DNA of 63,690 bases, counting the filler, from Rhabdomonas costata (Eukaryota), in the NCBI GenBank assembly GCA_019059605.1. It is 41 parts of 41 records of this genome, joined end to end, with 100 filler letters (N's around TTAATTAATTAA, not from the genome) between each part and the next. Parts side by side here need not be neighbours in the genome. Positions count along the whole stretch, not along the records: positions 24,908 to 26,363 come from JAHMHO010015514.1; positions 26,464 to 27,918 come from JAHMHO010015515.1; positions 28,019 to 29,491 come from JAHMHO010015516.1; positions 29,592 to 31,044 come from JAHMHO010015517.1; positions 31,145 to 32,599 come from JAHMHO010015518.1; positions 32,700 to 34,154 come from JAHMHO010015519.1; positions 34,255 to 35,709 come from JAHMHO010015520.1; positions 35,810 to 37,264 come from JAHMHO010015521.1; 33 more parts are not named here. The stretch is one strand, 5' to 3'. A program made the position numbers and the translations under genes. The notes beneath the pieces are model-generated. The model had not been told where the DNA came from, made no database searches, and saw only the letters and a list, made by a program, of their open reading frames with translations. Numbering within the stretch: position 1 is the first letter of the stretch; the number at the start of each line of letters is the position of its first letter. This document shows positions 24,908 through 35,942 of this stretch, piece by piece.

Positions 24908-26297
24908 CCGGCTGAGCTTTGTGATGCGGGCGATTGACCTGGTGATCTTCAAGGGAAGGCCCAACAAGGTTGCTTTTCAGCGGCTTGCCCCTCTCACCTC
25001 CTGTCGACATCTTGTCCTTGTGGGATTGTTCTTGTACAGCTGTTTGGAGACTGCTGCGCCCCTTGCTCAAGGTTTGCCAGGTTTTGTGTCGCACTGGGAA
25101 AGGTAGACATTGGTATGCTTTTCTTGTACGAAGTCGTGGGAAGCTCCCTGCTTTGGTATACCCGGCGTGGTTATTTGAGGGTTATGTGCTGTGTGTTGTG
25201 TCCAAGGAGGGCTGACAACCTCTGCCGCTCCGAACGATCCCTTTCTGCGGAAGGTTGGGTGTAGCTTCAAACTCACAGCAGGGAGTGCTCTCAGGTCTGG
25301 CGTGACTCGTGACTCGTCGAAAACAGTGCAAGCTCGTCCAAAACTCGTCCAAAACAGTGCAAGCCATTCCCCTCAAATGAGTGTTTGTGTGGGCGTGTGG
25401 GCGCCAACGTTCCTTCTCTCAGGTGTACGAACTGCTGGACCGGGTTGACGCTCCCCCGTCAAACACGGAGTGGTGTGTTGGGAAAGCCTCTTCTCCATCT
25501 TCCTCTGCCATTCTTCCCACCCAGACCTCCTGGTTTTACTCGTAGCCGAGTGCGGGTAGGATCTCCCTTGAGTTCTTTTGGCTTTTGTGCCGCCCTTTCC
25601 TGCGTGTCTTTGTCTTTGTCTGGTTGTGGGTTGGATGTGTAGTGTTCATCTTCAGAACTGTCATTTTTGAGTCTATTGGCAATGGAGCCACAAGAATGCC
25701 AAAAGCGCTGCTTGCGGAAGTATCTCCTTCTCAGTGCTTTTTAAGTGCGCGTACTGTGTGAACGCTCTGTCGGACGGTGAGGGAGGGGGCAACTGCCATG
25801 TCTGCTGTATGGGTGTGGGCAGGATGTACGCCTTGGAGCAGTCTGACGCGAACAACCCCCCCCGTCAGCACGACGACGCCTTCCACGCATACGAGAAGTC
25901 TCACTTCTCCAGGGCGGGCCAGCTCTGGCAGGTGTGCGCCTTATTGTGGATGCGAGCTTGCGTGAGCGTGCGCGTGTGCATGCGAGTTGTGTGTTTGTGT
26001 GTGTGTGTGTGTGTTTGCGCGCGCGATAAGTATACTTGGCGCGAGCGCAGAGGGTTGAAGCTCCCCAGAACTGTGTTTTCATGCGCCAGTGAGCGCAGCT
26101 AAGGAGTGAGATCCACACCTCCGAGAAGTGGCCAGGCAGCAGGAGAAGATTTGAAAGCCCCGCTGAGGCTGCGAATTCTCCGTAATGAGGTTTATATGGA
26201 CCTTCCTGCAGAAAAATGGGTTGGCACCACCCCAATGAACGTCTCCTTCGTAGATGAACTGATTGAGCAAGACTTTTTAACCCATGAGCCCATGTAA
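24908..26297 (+). CDS. Class III adenylate/guanylate cyclase, 3' end (bacterial-type C-terminal tail)
   Basis: Exon 24908-24968 reads FVMRAIDLVIFKGRPNK, 25423-~25450 reads VYELLDR, 25869-25931 reads HDDAFHAYEKSHFSRAGQLWQ, and 26136-26297 reads ...YMDLPAEKWVGTTPM...stop. These match RxIDxVxxKG...VYEL and the Y...F..A / P...WxG tail. Internal junctions are uncertain. Confidence 0.7.
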
Positions 26298-26463
26298 AAG
26301 TGTGGGCGTGGGGCCGAGCTCCCCATCTTTTTAGTGCAACTTGGCGGGTTGGGTCACCCGGCANNNNNNNNNNNNNNNNNNNNNNNNNNNNNNNNNNNNN
26401 NNNNNNNTTAATTAATTAANNNNNNNNNNNNNNNNNNNNNNNNNNNNNNNNNNNNNNNNNNNN

Positions 26464-27300
26464 GTTGTGGGGTAATTCCAGAGGCCTCAATAGGATTAAC
26501 CGAGACATCCAGCGAGCGGAGATGGGGAAAGTGGTCGGACGCTGCTAGAGCGCCGATTCCGTTGGCATCGATTTGATTGGAGGATACCGACAAAGAGGTG
26601 AGCTTTGGGAGGCTCCTGGATTTCGCCAGAGCCACAAGACCCGAGTTTCGGAGCAAATTTTGGGACACGTTCAGGGCGGTTAGCTCAGGGAAGTTCGCTG
26701 ACTCTGCCAGTGAGACTGCACCTCCAGCCCGGATGCCGTTGCAGGAGATATCCAGATGGGTGAGACGAGAGAGACATCTGGTGGTGGCAAGGGCAGCCAT
26801 TCCCGAGGCTTCGGTGCCATTGAAGGAAAGATCCAAAGAGGTAAGGCTGGGGATGTGCTCACCCCTGAAGACTGCGGTCACTTCGGAATCCAGTAGATAC
26901 ACGCTCAGCTTCAGCGCCCGAAGCCGCATAAACTGCCCTGTTCTGAAAAGGCGGCATAGCTCCCTGACAAACGGGCGGCTATCCCCCATTGTGACTTCAG
27001 TGCTCCGCACCGAGAGAGCCGAAACGCGGCGGGAGTGACTTAGCATTGACAGTAGAAGCTCCAGGTCATCCACGCCATCAAAGGTAAGTCCCGAAACGAC
27101 CTGTAGAACGGACCGGGGGACAAACTCCCTCTTCCGAGAGTGAGAAAGGAAGGTGGGCACACTCGGATGCTCCACTCAGGAGCTATTTTTTGATTCACAA
27201 GAGATTCGAAGAGGGAACACAGCGAGCGTGCTTGCAGTTGGTCTCTTCTGTGTAGAAACTGGAGCACGACAAGCAGCACATCCTCAGGAGCTCGAAGCAT
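26464..27300 (-). CDS. F-box plus leucine-rich repeat protein (3' truncated)
   Basis: Exon 1 (27300-27163) carries the F-box-like LRAPEDVLLVVLQFLHRRDQLQARSLCSLF. A 62-nt GT-AG intron (27162-27101) joins it in phase 0 to exon 2 (27100-26464), which has ~28-aa LRRs of the form LxxLTSLDLSxNxIxxxGxxALAxS. Confidence 0.85.
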
Positions 27301-28462
27301 GGGCACAACGCCAGCTAAAAACCAAAAAAGGGAATAGTAAAAAATAACTCCTGGAGAGCAAGCGAAAGTAAAGAAAGGAGATGACGGCGGGTAATTAGCA
27401 GAGACTCAAAAGCGGTCAGCGCTTGCCACGAAATTATTTCTGACAACCGGGTCGCGAAGCAATGGTTGTACCAACAAAACAATCAAGCGCTAACAAAACG
27501 AAAAGAATCCATAAATAGAAGAGTGCGTCAACGCTGTCCCACACCCGATCAATGAATAAAGTGTCCACCAGAGAGTTCAATGCCCAATGTCATTGAGTAC
27601 GTGCACTAATCAGACACCCTTTGCTCAAGCAGGCAAGCGCGTACGTTAAAATTTGTTGAAGCAGAGCGTTCATCTCAATTTTGACTGACAGCTCGAGGCA
27701 CCGGTACACAGCCACCATCGACAAAAACCTTCGCTCTTGGCCAAAGGAAGACGCAGGCCTCAACTAAAGCTGAATTGGAGTCAGCCATCCTCGACCCACC
27801 TCAGATCTGAAAAACGAATGGACTCACCTGAAGTTACCATCACGCCGTCACAAATCATAAATACCATCACACGTGGCAATGCAATAAGCAAGGCGTCTGC
27901 ACAAAGCTTAACCCCAACNNNNNNNNNNNNNNNNNNNNNNNNNNNNNNNNNNNNNNNNNNNNTTAATTAATTAANNNNNNNNNNNNNNNNNNNNNNNNNN
28001 NNNNNNNNNNNNNNNNNNGGTTTGTGGTTCACTTACGGTTTGAAGCACTGAACCACTACTGCTGCAGACCCAAGCAAGGTGAGATTAGGGTGACGCCTGT
28101 CTCCGCTTTTGCCCCTTGTGGTTTTCCTCCGCCTTGTGGAAATGGAAAGTTGACGCAGATAATTGGACCCCACGCGAAATTTTGGCTCGAAATGCATTAC
28201 CGCACGGCTCCATCGTGTTGAGTGGGCTCGCCCGTGAACATGGGGTGCCAGTGATGCAGTGACGCGGTGATTTTTGTGGGCTGCAGGCGGCCACGTGCCA
28301 GTTGCCGAGCCCCTTTCGCCGTGGGTGGTTCGTTGTAAAGTACGTTGTGGGTGCTGTCGTAAACCCTCCGCTGCGTGGGGGAAGAAGCGGCGCAAAAGGG
28401 TTACGAAAGAGCGGCCCAGGGGCACCACCACCGGCCGAGGGTGAAAGGTCGGGACTCTCCTG

Positions 28463-28549
28463 ACCCCAAGGACCGGCCACGCAGCGTTTCAGGAGGCCTG
28501 CTGTATATACAAAAGATCCCAGGCCTGCTTCGGCTTTGCCCTCCCAATG
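28463..28549 (+). repeat. Interspersed repeat, longest copy (contig 19)
   Basis: Shares sequence with both 30277-30335 (-) and 6692-6749 (-). Confidence 0.85.
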
Positions 28550-28926
28550 CATCTTTTCGGGGAAAATTCATTACATTATTTTTTTTTGCATTTTATTTTC
28601 AACAGTTCGGTTCGCATCAGGATATACCCTTCGTACCCCCACGCCTGCTGCTAAATGGGCTGATCTTTGCGGACGGATGACCGTGATACTCCCTCGTTAA
28701 TTTTTCTTTGCACAAGCGCATTATGTAACCCTTCCCCAAGCAGTCGCCTGTTGAGGGGTTGTGAAAGATTTCTTGCTTTTTCCTCTTTTTTCAGCGGGGA
28801 GGAGGGCAACAGGTGATATTTGCCAGACATCAAGTTTAAAGCAGGAACTAACAGCAGACCGAGAGTCCAGAGGGTCTCTGCTTTTCTTTTCTTCCCCCCG
28901 CCCTCTGACGCGCTTTCTGCACACAG

Positions 28927-29037
28927 GACAACGGGGGCAGCATTGCCAGGCTGAGCTTCCTGTACAAGGACGGGCCGGTGTACGAGACGCTGTTCAGTGC
29001 CGGGGCCTCGCAGTTCATGAAACACGCGCTGAGCAAG
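28927..29037 (+). CDS. QCR2: Ubiquinol-cytochrome c reductase core protein 2 (M16 peptidase-like), internal exon
   Basis: cacAG|DNGGSIARLSFLYKDGPVYETLFSAGASQFMKHALSK|GT is a 111-nt, phase 0-0 exon. It is an M16 N-terminal segment with a degenerate HxxEH (QFMKH) and closely resembles the Euglena gracilis core 2 sequence as I recall it. Confidence 0.85.
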
Positions 29038-29411
29038 GTGGAAAACAGAAGGGGTCGGGCAATAGCTACTTGTTGCTTTCTTGTTACAAAGCCGTGGGAA
29101 AATGGCGGCTACAGTGGTTTTGCTCGCCGCTGAAGGCGGTGGGGGATTAAGTTTTCCCCTATTGGCTCTTTCCGGGATTCCATCTGAATCAGGACTACGA
29201 ATTTACACATGTATTTACCCAACACTCCTCTCCCAAGTTTGCTTCTCTCTTGCTCTCTCGCTCCCTCCTCAAGCAACATGACTTGTCTAATGCCTATTTA
29301 GGAAGCAGTTTATTATATGAAGGTTATGACTAAACTTTCTTTCATGAATTTTTCACAAGCAAACGGTTGTCTTTCCAGCTCACTTAGAAGTGAATGGAGT
29401 GAATGGCGGGA

Positions 29412-29413
<2 letters not shown>

Positions 29414-29453
<40 letters not shown>
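29414..29453. repeat. (GT)n microsatellite
   Basis: Directly visible; similar GT/CA tracts occur in many introns (e.g. 25990, 30717, 34899, 35462, 51760, 52145). Confidence 0.97.
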
Positions 29454-29456
<3 letters not shown>

Positions 29457-30033
29457 GAGGGGTTTGTGCTGCTGCTTCTGCTGCTGCTGCANNNNNNNNN
29501 NNNNNNNNNNNNNNNNNNNNNNNNNNNNNNNNNNNTTAATTAATTAANNNNNNNNNNNNNNNNNNNNNNNNNNNNNNNNNNNNNNNNNNNNTTTTTGGGT
29601 TTCCTCTGCCTAGGCGCATGAGGGTTTGCTGGGATGTATTTTTAGCACGTGTTCGACCATGTGGGAGGCTACAGCTCTTTTGGAGCCCTTGTGTGAGCTC
29701 TTACTACAGACTTTATACATTGTAGCACACTCCACCTTACTCCGTAAGGCTGGTGTACTCTGTCTTCTTGGGGTTCTGGGGTTGCCGTTTACACCCACAT
29801 TATATCTTGTGCAAGGAGTTGAGCGTGTGAAAAGGGGTGCAAACATTCTGGGAGGCTTTCTGGCGCTCCGAAAGCCCGATGTCTTCCAGTGGAATTTAGC
29901 ACGACGCAGTTGTGGAGGTCCCAGGGAGGTGTCAGTAAGCGAAGCATGCAAAGTTTGGCGGGCTGCTGGCGATGGTCATTTGACCGCTGCGCTGCGGAAA
30001 CCAGTTTCAAGTGCTTCTTTCGTTTTCATGCAG

Positions 30034-30875
30034 GAAGGCTTCAATTCTGGGAAGCAGCTCCTGGCTGCTGTGCAGCAGGAGTTTGAGCGCCTCTATGTTC
30101 CCTCGGCGTCCCCTGATGAGCAGCGAAAGCGGCAGGTGGAGGCCCGCCTGAAGGCGGCTGGGCTGCAGCCCTTCCCTGCCCGACCGCTGGTTTGTCCAAG
30201 AGTTCGTGGAGGGTACCCTTTTGGTACAACGCGGGTACTGGATGGTTGTGAAGAGCAACGAGGTTTCGACAGGGTCTTGGGTCTCTTGTATATACAGCAG
30301 GCGTCCCGAAACGCTGCTTGGCCGGTCCTTGGGGTGCAAAAGGTATGCGCTATGCCCTGCCAAACAAAGCCACAAGCGAAGCGGGAGGAATGTTTTTGTG
30401 ATATTATTCATGAGGGAGGTTTTAACTTGCATTCTATTATTCTAATACTCTTTTATTTGAGTATACATACATACACCTTGAGAGGAGGTGAGACCGTACG
30501 CTGTGCATCGCGCACCCAGATGATTCCTCAAAAGAGGCCGCTTGGGGGATTCGCCCAAAGCTTTACCTTCCAAGTACGCAGCGCACATGAAACACACACC
30601 CAGCAGTAGAGGAAGGTGTGGTCATTCCTCCCAAAGCAGCGGCCGCGGAGGTGGGAGAATCGATCAAAAGCCCGCCAGGAGGAAAACTCCAAACGAACTT
30701 TTGCCTTGTGCAAATAGTGTGTGTGTGTGTGTGCACCTCAGGAGAAAGCTTGGGTGCAGCACAGTAGGACGGTTCCGCTGAGCACAGCCCACGAGGCGCG
30801 GTTCAGCTTTGCTCCGTACACCATCGAGCAGCACGCGGCGGTGGGTGTGGGACCTTCCATGTTCGTCTTTGGAGG
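30034..30875 (+). CDS. Two exons of a kelch-repeat-containing protein
   Basis: Exon 30034-~30153 reads EGFNSGKQLLAAVQQEFERLY...VEARLK and exon 30742-30875 reads EKAW...IEQHAAVGVGPSMFVFGG (kelch H...hhFGG). The first donor position is ambiguous. Confidence 0.65.
30277..30335 (-). repeat. Interspersed repeat, intronic copy in contig 20
   Basis: Reverse complement matches 28463-28521 with about 6 mismatches in 59 nt. Confidence 0.88.
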
Positions 30876-31488
30876 GTGCGCTTGCCCTGTGTGTGTTCTC
30901 GACCGACACTTCATCAGCTCCTCTCGTCCCTTGGAACCCACTCTAAGCTTCGTTCACTGCTTACACACGGAATGATTTCTGAATTGGCGCGATGCATCGG
31001 GAAAATTCACCGGTGCAAATATATACAACCACAAATCCGTTTCCNNNNNNNNNNNNNNNNNNNNNNNNNNNNNNNNNNNNNNNNNNNNTTAATTAATTAA
31101 NNNNNNNNNNNNNNNNNNNNNNNNNNNNNNNNNNNNNNNNNNNNGTTGGTTTGGGTTGCAAAAAGGTGGATTTTGAGTGTGGCACTCTGAGGACGGGTCC
31201 TGGACCTTGGTTTTGGATTCAATCGGATTGCGTGGTTGTGTGGTTTCATCCACCAGAGGAAAGAAAGCGCTGTCATTGGCTTGCTCCTGATGCACCCTGT
31301 GGGAGGCGAAAGCGAGTTGATTCCAATCTGCCCTTGGACTGGTGCCTGATGTTTTCCTTGTTTTCCGCTGCCCTTTCCCAGGTTATGCTCCATGGGAAAC
31401 AACTTCTGTTCGCTTCTCAGGTTTTCTCCCGCTCTTGGCACATACACACATACCTTTTTTTCGTTCCGGGCCGCCCGGTCACTGTAAA

Positions 31489-32575
31489 ATGTTTGTCATT
31501 CCGCTCACTGTTCTCGGGTGTGCCGTGGCGGAAGGGGCATGGATGACTTTTGAATGGATTTCTTTGGAGTGGAACGGCCGAACGGGAGCCGTGGTTCCGT
31601 CAGATCTGGAGTTCGCCAGTCCGGCAGCTGTTGTGCCCGACGAAACCCTCGGAACAGGTGGTTTTCTCGTGCCCATCCCAGTTGCTGGTTCTGGACTCCA
31701 TGTCCAAAACAACTCCGCTTGGTCGACGTCCTCGCCCACGGAAAGCATGGGCAAGATCTCTTCTCCCTTGATAAGTCATTCCCTTGCCGTCCATCTGATC
31801 GTCTGTGTGGCGGTGTCCGCGTTCTACCTCTTCCGATGCGATGAGGCGGGGGCCTTGCTGGGGGCCGCCTCGGTGGGCTTTGGGCTCTGTGCCGGGGATG
31901 CGGTTGCGCTTGGGCTGTACCTTGGTCTGGGAAGGTCTCGGGGGTGCAGGTTGGGGCCTTGGATTCCTGCCATCGCTCGAGGGTGGATGGCGTCCTCCGC
32001 GCTGGCATGGCCGCTGGCTTTTTTGTGGCTGGACAGCAACAGCAGTGCTGTGGCTCAAGTCCACCTCGCAGGAGTGGCGCTCTGGGGATTGGTTGGGGTG
32101 TATGTGGCTCTAAGTCCGCTGGACGTTTTGGCCAACACTGAGCTTCAGACCATTTCATCCAGAGTCTTTGCTGGTGACAGGGTGCGCCCTTGCACAACCG
32201 TTTTTGTGCTGTTGATGTACAGTGTGACTTTGGGGGCAGCCGCTATTTTCGCGAATGTTCCCGCGACGGCAGAAAGGTTCGTCTTTTCACCCTAATTCTC
32301 GTTTTTTGTGCTTCGTTTGCTTCTGTTGAGTAGTTGTGTTTCTTACTTTTTCAGGTCGCTTACATTCGAAGTAGTGGTGCCCGCCTATCTACTACTGCAC
32401 CTGTTGTTTCTTCGGGCACCTCCAAGCCGACCAAGCGGTTCCCTTCGCCAACACCTACCAAACATTGCGGAAACCAGTCAGTCAGCACAGCGGGCTTCCG
32501 GCTCGGAAATAGATGATGAGCTTAGGGGCCGAATCGCGCAGCTCGAGCATGACGCAACCACCATGAGGGCAAAGG
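31489..32575 (+). CDS. Multi-pass membrane protein (~6 TM) with a signal-like N-terminus and a cytosolic coiled coil
   Basis: Exon 31489-32276 and exon 32355-~32575 are joined by a 78-nt GT-AG intron (AG|G = Arg). Several hydrophobic segments are followed by DDELRGRIAQLEHDATTMRAK. Confidence 0.65.
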
Positions 32576-33386
32576 CAGGCTGTGTATCCACTTTGGCCCN
32601 NNNNNNNNNNNNNNNNNNNNNNNNNNNNNNNNNNNNNNNNNNNTTAATTAATTAANNNNNNNNNNNNNNNNNNNNNNNNNNNNNNNNNNNNNNNNNNNNG
32701 CACATTATGCTAAAAGACCATAGGCGCATTTTTTTTTTTTGCGTTTTTGCTTCATTGGCATATGTTATGGTAACACCCTCCAACCATTTAGCGTCTTTCT
32801 TTTGATTTTGCGACCCCTTGAATCATTTGAATCAGAGCGTAGGCAGGTAGGCAGACTCTACAACATGAAGGATCTCGGTGACGCAAAGTTGGTGTTCTGT
32901 GCACACGAGTGACACGGAAAGGAGGAAACAATTGCAAAAGAGGGAGGAAGGAGGCAGAGGGAAACCAGGACAAGAGAAGAGAAAGGAGAGAGAACAATGG
33001 GAAGAAATCAGGAGCACGCCACATACGACTGGTCAATGGGTGGGGTAAGGCAAAGCAATGCGAGGCGAGGAGGGCGTGTATGGTGCGCATGAAATGAAAC
33101 ACGGTGCGTTGGGTAAGGATTGATCCCCTCCCCCGGGAATAAGACAATGGATAGATAAGACAATCCGAGGATGGGGGAGGGGGGCAAACTCCCACTAAGT
33201 AAGGGGAAACCCCCTCAAGGAAACCAACAGCTGCTTTTCTCTCTTTGCAGTGCGTTCCGCCAGGCAGGCTCCCAAAAGTTGTCTCTCATCCCATTCATCT
33301 CCTGAAGTTTTTCTCACGGCATGCACGCAGATGCACACATTATTTAAAGGAAATGCACGCAGATGCACACACACAGGCACACAGGC

Positions 33387-33810
33387 CTGCAGGTTGAGGG
33401 TGCCCCGGATGGGCTCGCGCAGCGCCTCGGCAGCCAGGGCGTCGGCCTGCAGGAACTGCCGGCGAGCAAAGTGGTGGCGCATAAGCGCCACCCGCACCGC
33501 GATGTCCTCGCGGAACCCTCGCTCTTCCACCTCTAACACCACCTTCCGGACGTAGTCGTCGCGCCCAATCTGACGAAGCAGAAGTGACATTCCAGAGCCT
33601 GCACTTTTTCACTTTATTACAACTGAGTTGTGGGGTGTTTTGGACCGGGAAGGAGGGAAAGGTGGAAACAAACCATATCCCCAACTCCACTGCCTCTCAA
33701 ACCATCCGACCCCTCACACACGAAAGACGCACCGCAGTGTACGAGACAATCAAGCGCCCCAGGAACTCCGCAGTGATTGGGACGTTCTCCTCGGCGATGA
33801 TCTTTCGCAG
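33387..33810 (-). CDS. Pentatricopeptide-repeat (PPR)-like protein, two exons
   Basis: Exons 33810-33733 and 33569-~33387 give two consecutive 35-aa units: AEFLGRLIVSYTAIGRDDYVRKVVLEVEERGFRED and IAVRVALMRHHFARRQFLQADALAAEALREPIRGT. Confidence 0.7.
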
Positions 33811-34699
33811 CTGAAAAAGCACAGACAGTTTGACAGACATTAGCATGGGGCGCGTTCCTGAAAACCATGAACCACAACCCCCACAATCCAAACAAGCTCG
33901 AGAATCGAATAATGAAGCCTGAGCCAGTTGTCGATGCGTGGCGGCTGAAGTTAACTGATCTCCCGATGTGGAATATCAGCAACATTTTCTATGGAGCGTA
34001 TTTTATCGTTAAAGGCCACCCAGGTCACGTCCTCCGCCCCGCTCGCTGCGGTCGCGTCGCCGACTGACCTTCGCGCTGTCCTACTCGTCCGTCCATATCC
34101 CAGCCATTGGCAAAGTTAGCAGAAAAAGAAGGACTTGCCAGCTGCAAAACCAACNNNNNNNNNNNNNNNNNNNNNNNNNNNNNNNNNNNNNNNNNNNNTT
34201 AATTAATTAANNNNNNNNNNNNNNNNNNNNNNNNNNNNNNNNNNNNNNNNNNNNGGTTTTGTGGACGATATGTGTATAATGATAACGTTTCGGTAATTGT
34301 AGCCTGCTACTCTCTTCAGGTAGCTTGTTCGATAGGGTACTGGGGAGGAGGGCGGCGGTGTCAATGGGCACCCCAAAGACAGGCTACACGGTTAGCAAAG
34401 TACAAGTAACCAGAAGAAATCATTTGCGCGAGCCAGCCAGGCGGTGGAAACAATATAAAGAGACCGAATAAGGGGTTATTGCATTCAAATCTGCCTACGT
34501 GGTGATCTCTTGGGGGCTTCTTCAATATCTTACCCTGCATCCTTCCCTCAGAGCATTATCAGCTGGGAACGGAAGAAATCACAAGAGAAAGGCCTAAGAA
34601 AAACCCGCGCCACTGTTACCCATCAAAACTTTACAACCTCAACGGTAACAAACCGCTCGATCGCTCAAACTCTCCGCACACACACACCACATAACACAC

Positions 34700-35629
34700 C
34701 ACTGTGTACGGGTACGACATCAGGTGGCCGAAAGGCAACTTCTGGGGCACAGGGGCGAGGTAAGCCTCCCAGTTGGCCAGCGCCATTAGCCTCACCTTGC
34801 CCACACAGGCCAGGTCCTCTGGGGCTTGGAAAGCAGGGTCCAGTCCACCCAGATGCTCAGCCCACAGCGACTGCCGGTAGGCATAAACCTTGGTGAACGT
34901 GTGTGTGTGTGTGTGTGTGTGTAAGATAAATTGCGAGGAGACCGCAAAATTCGTGCTAACCATGTTTCATGGTTTGGGTACCCAGCGCACAATCCCAATG
35001 GCGAGACATGGGCGGAGGAAACCGAGTCATATGTCACGACCAGAAGATGACTTTGGCTCACATCAAGCTCAGTCTCTATGTACTGGAAACTCTCTGAATC
35101 GTTTCGAAGATATGACATCCATTCCAACCACACATGCACGACGGTGTGCAAACATGCCATTAGAAAAGGATGCCTGTCCCCGAGGCCTCGGGTTCTCTGG
35201 CATAAGGTACCCGTTTTGCGCCGCTCCAACCGCGAGCTCCGTGTCGCGGTTGCCTCCCATCGACCCTAACCAAAAACCAAACCGAACGAGCGGCACTTGC
35301 AATTACGGAGAACAGAAGCAAGTAGTTCCTGGCTCATGCATCACACAACTTATACGCCGCCCAGAGAAGGCATCCATTCACTTAATTTGCGCAAAGCTCC
35401 TTCACCCTGCTGACATCAGAATCCTCGTGCGCCGGCAGGAATCACAGAACCCGATCTCCTCGTGTGTGTGTGTGTGTGTGTGTTTTTGCGGAGAGAAACA
35501 CGGCACTTTCGTTGATGTTCGCCGAGCCCACCAGCAGATACTCGTCATCGACAACCATGATCTTGCTGTGGACATAGATGGGATGCCGGCGGAGCAGGCA
35601 GACATGCTGCTGCGCGGGACTCTCCGGTG
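34700..35629 (-). CDS. PLD: Phospholipase D, C-terminal region (plant C2-PLD-like), three exons
   Basis: Exons 35629-35507, 35265-35174 and 34888-~34700 read [38 protein letters not shown]...[18 protein letters not shown]...GHLMSYPY, including the second HxKxxxxD motif. Confidence 0.93.
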
Positions 35630-35942
35630 CTGCAAATGCCCCATGCAAACACACATTGCCAAAAGGATTCCCCGCGCCAAGATTAAAGAAAAAAAATCAA
35701 AAAAAATTANNNNNNNNNNNNNNNNNNNNNNNNNNNNNNNNNNNNNNNNNNNNTTAATTAATTAANNNNNNNNNNNNNNNNNNNNNNNNNNNNNNNNNNN
35801 NNNNNNNNNTGTTTGTGTTGGTTGATTGGGTAGTGGTAGTTTGCGTTGCATTCGTTTCGTGAAGCTTCATCACGATTCTTTGCGTTCTCGATCCCCGTTT
35901 CCAAACTAAGGTTCGCTTGCAGCGTTTTGTCACAGAATAACA

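Noticed and set aside
29626..30609. 327-aa ORF as a single gene
   Set aside because: It is a chance open frame across introns; only ~30034-30153 looks coding, and it runs through an interspersed repeat.
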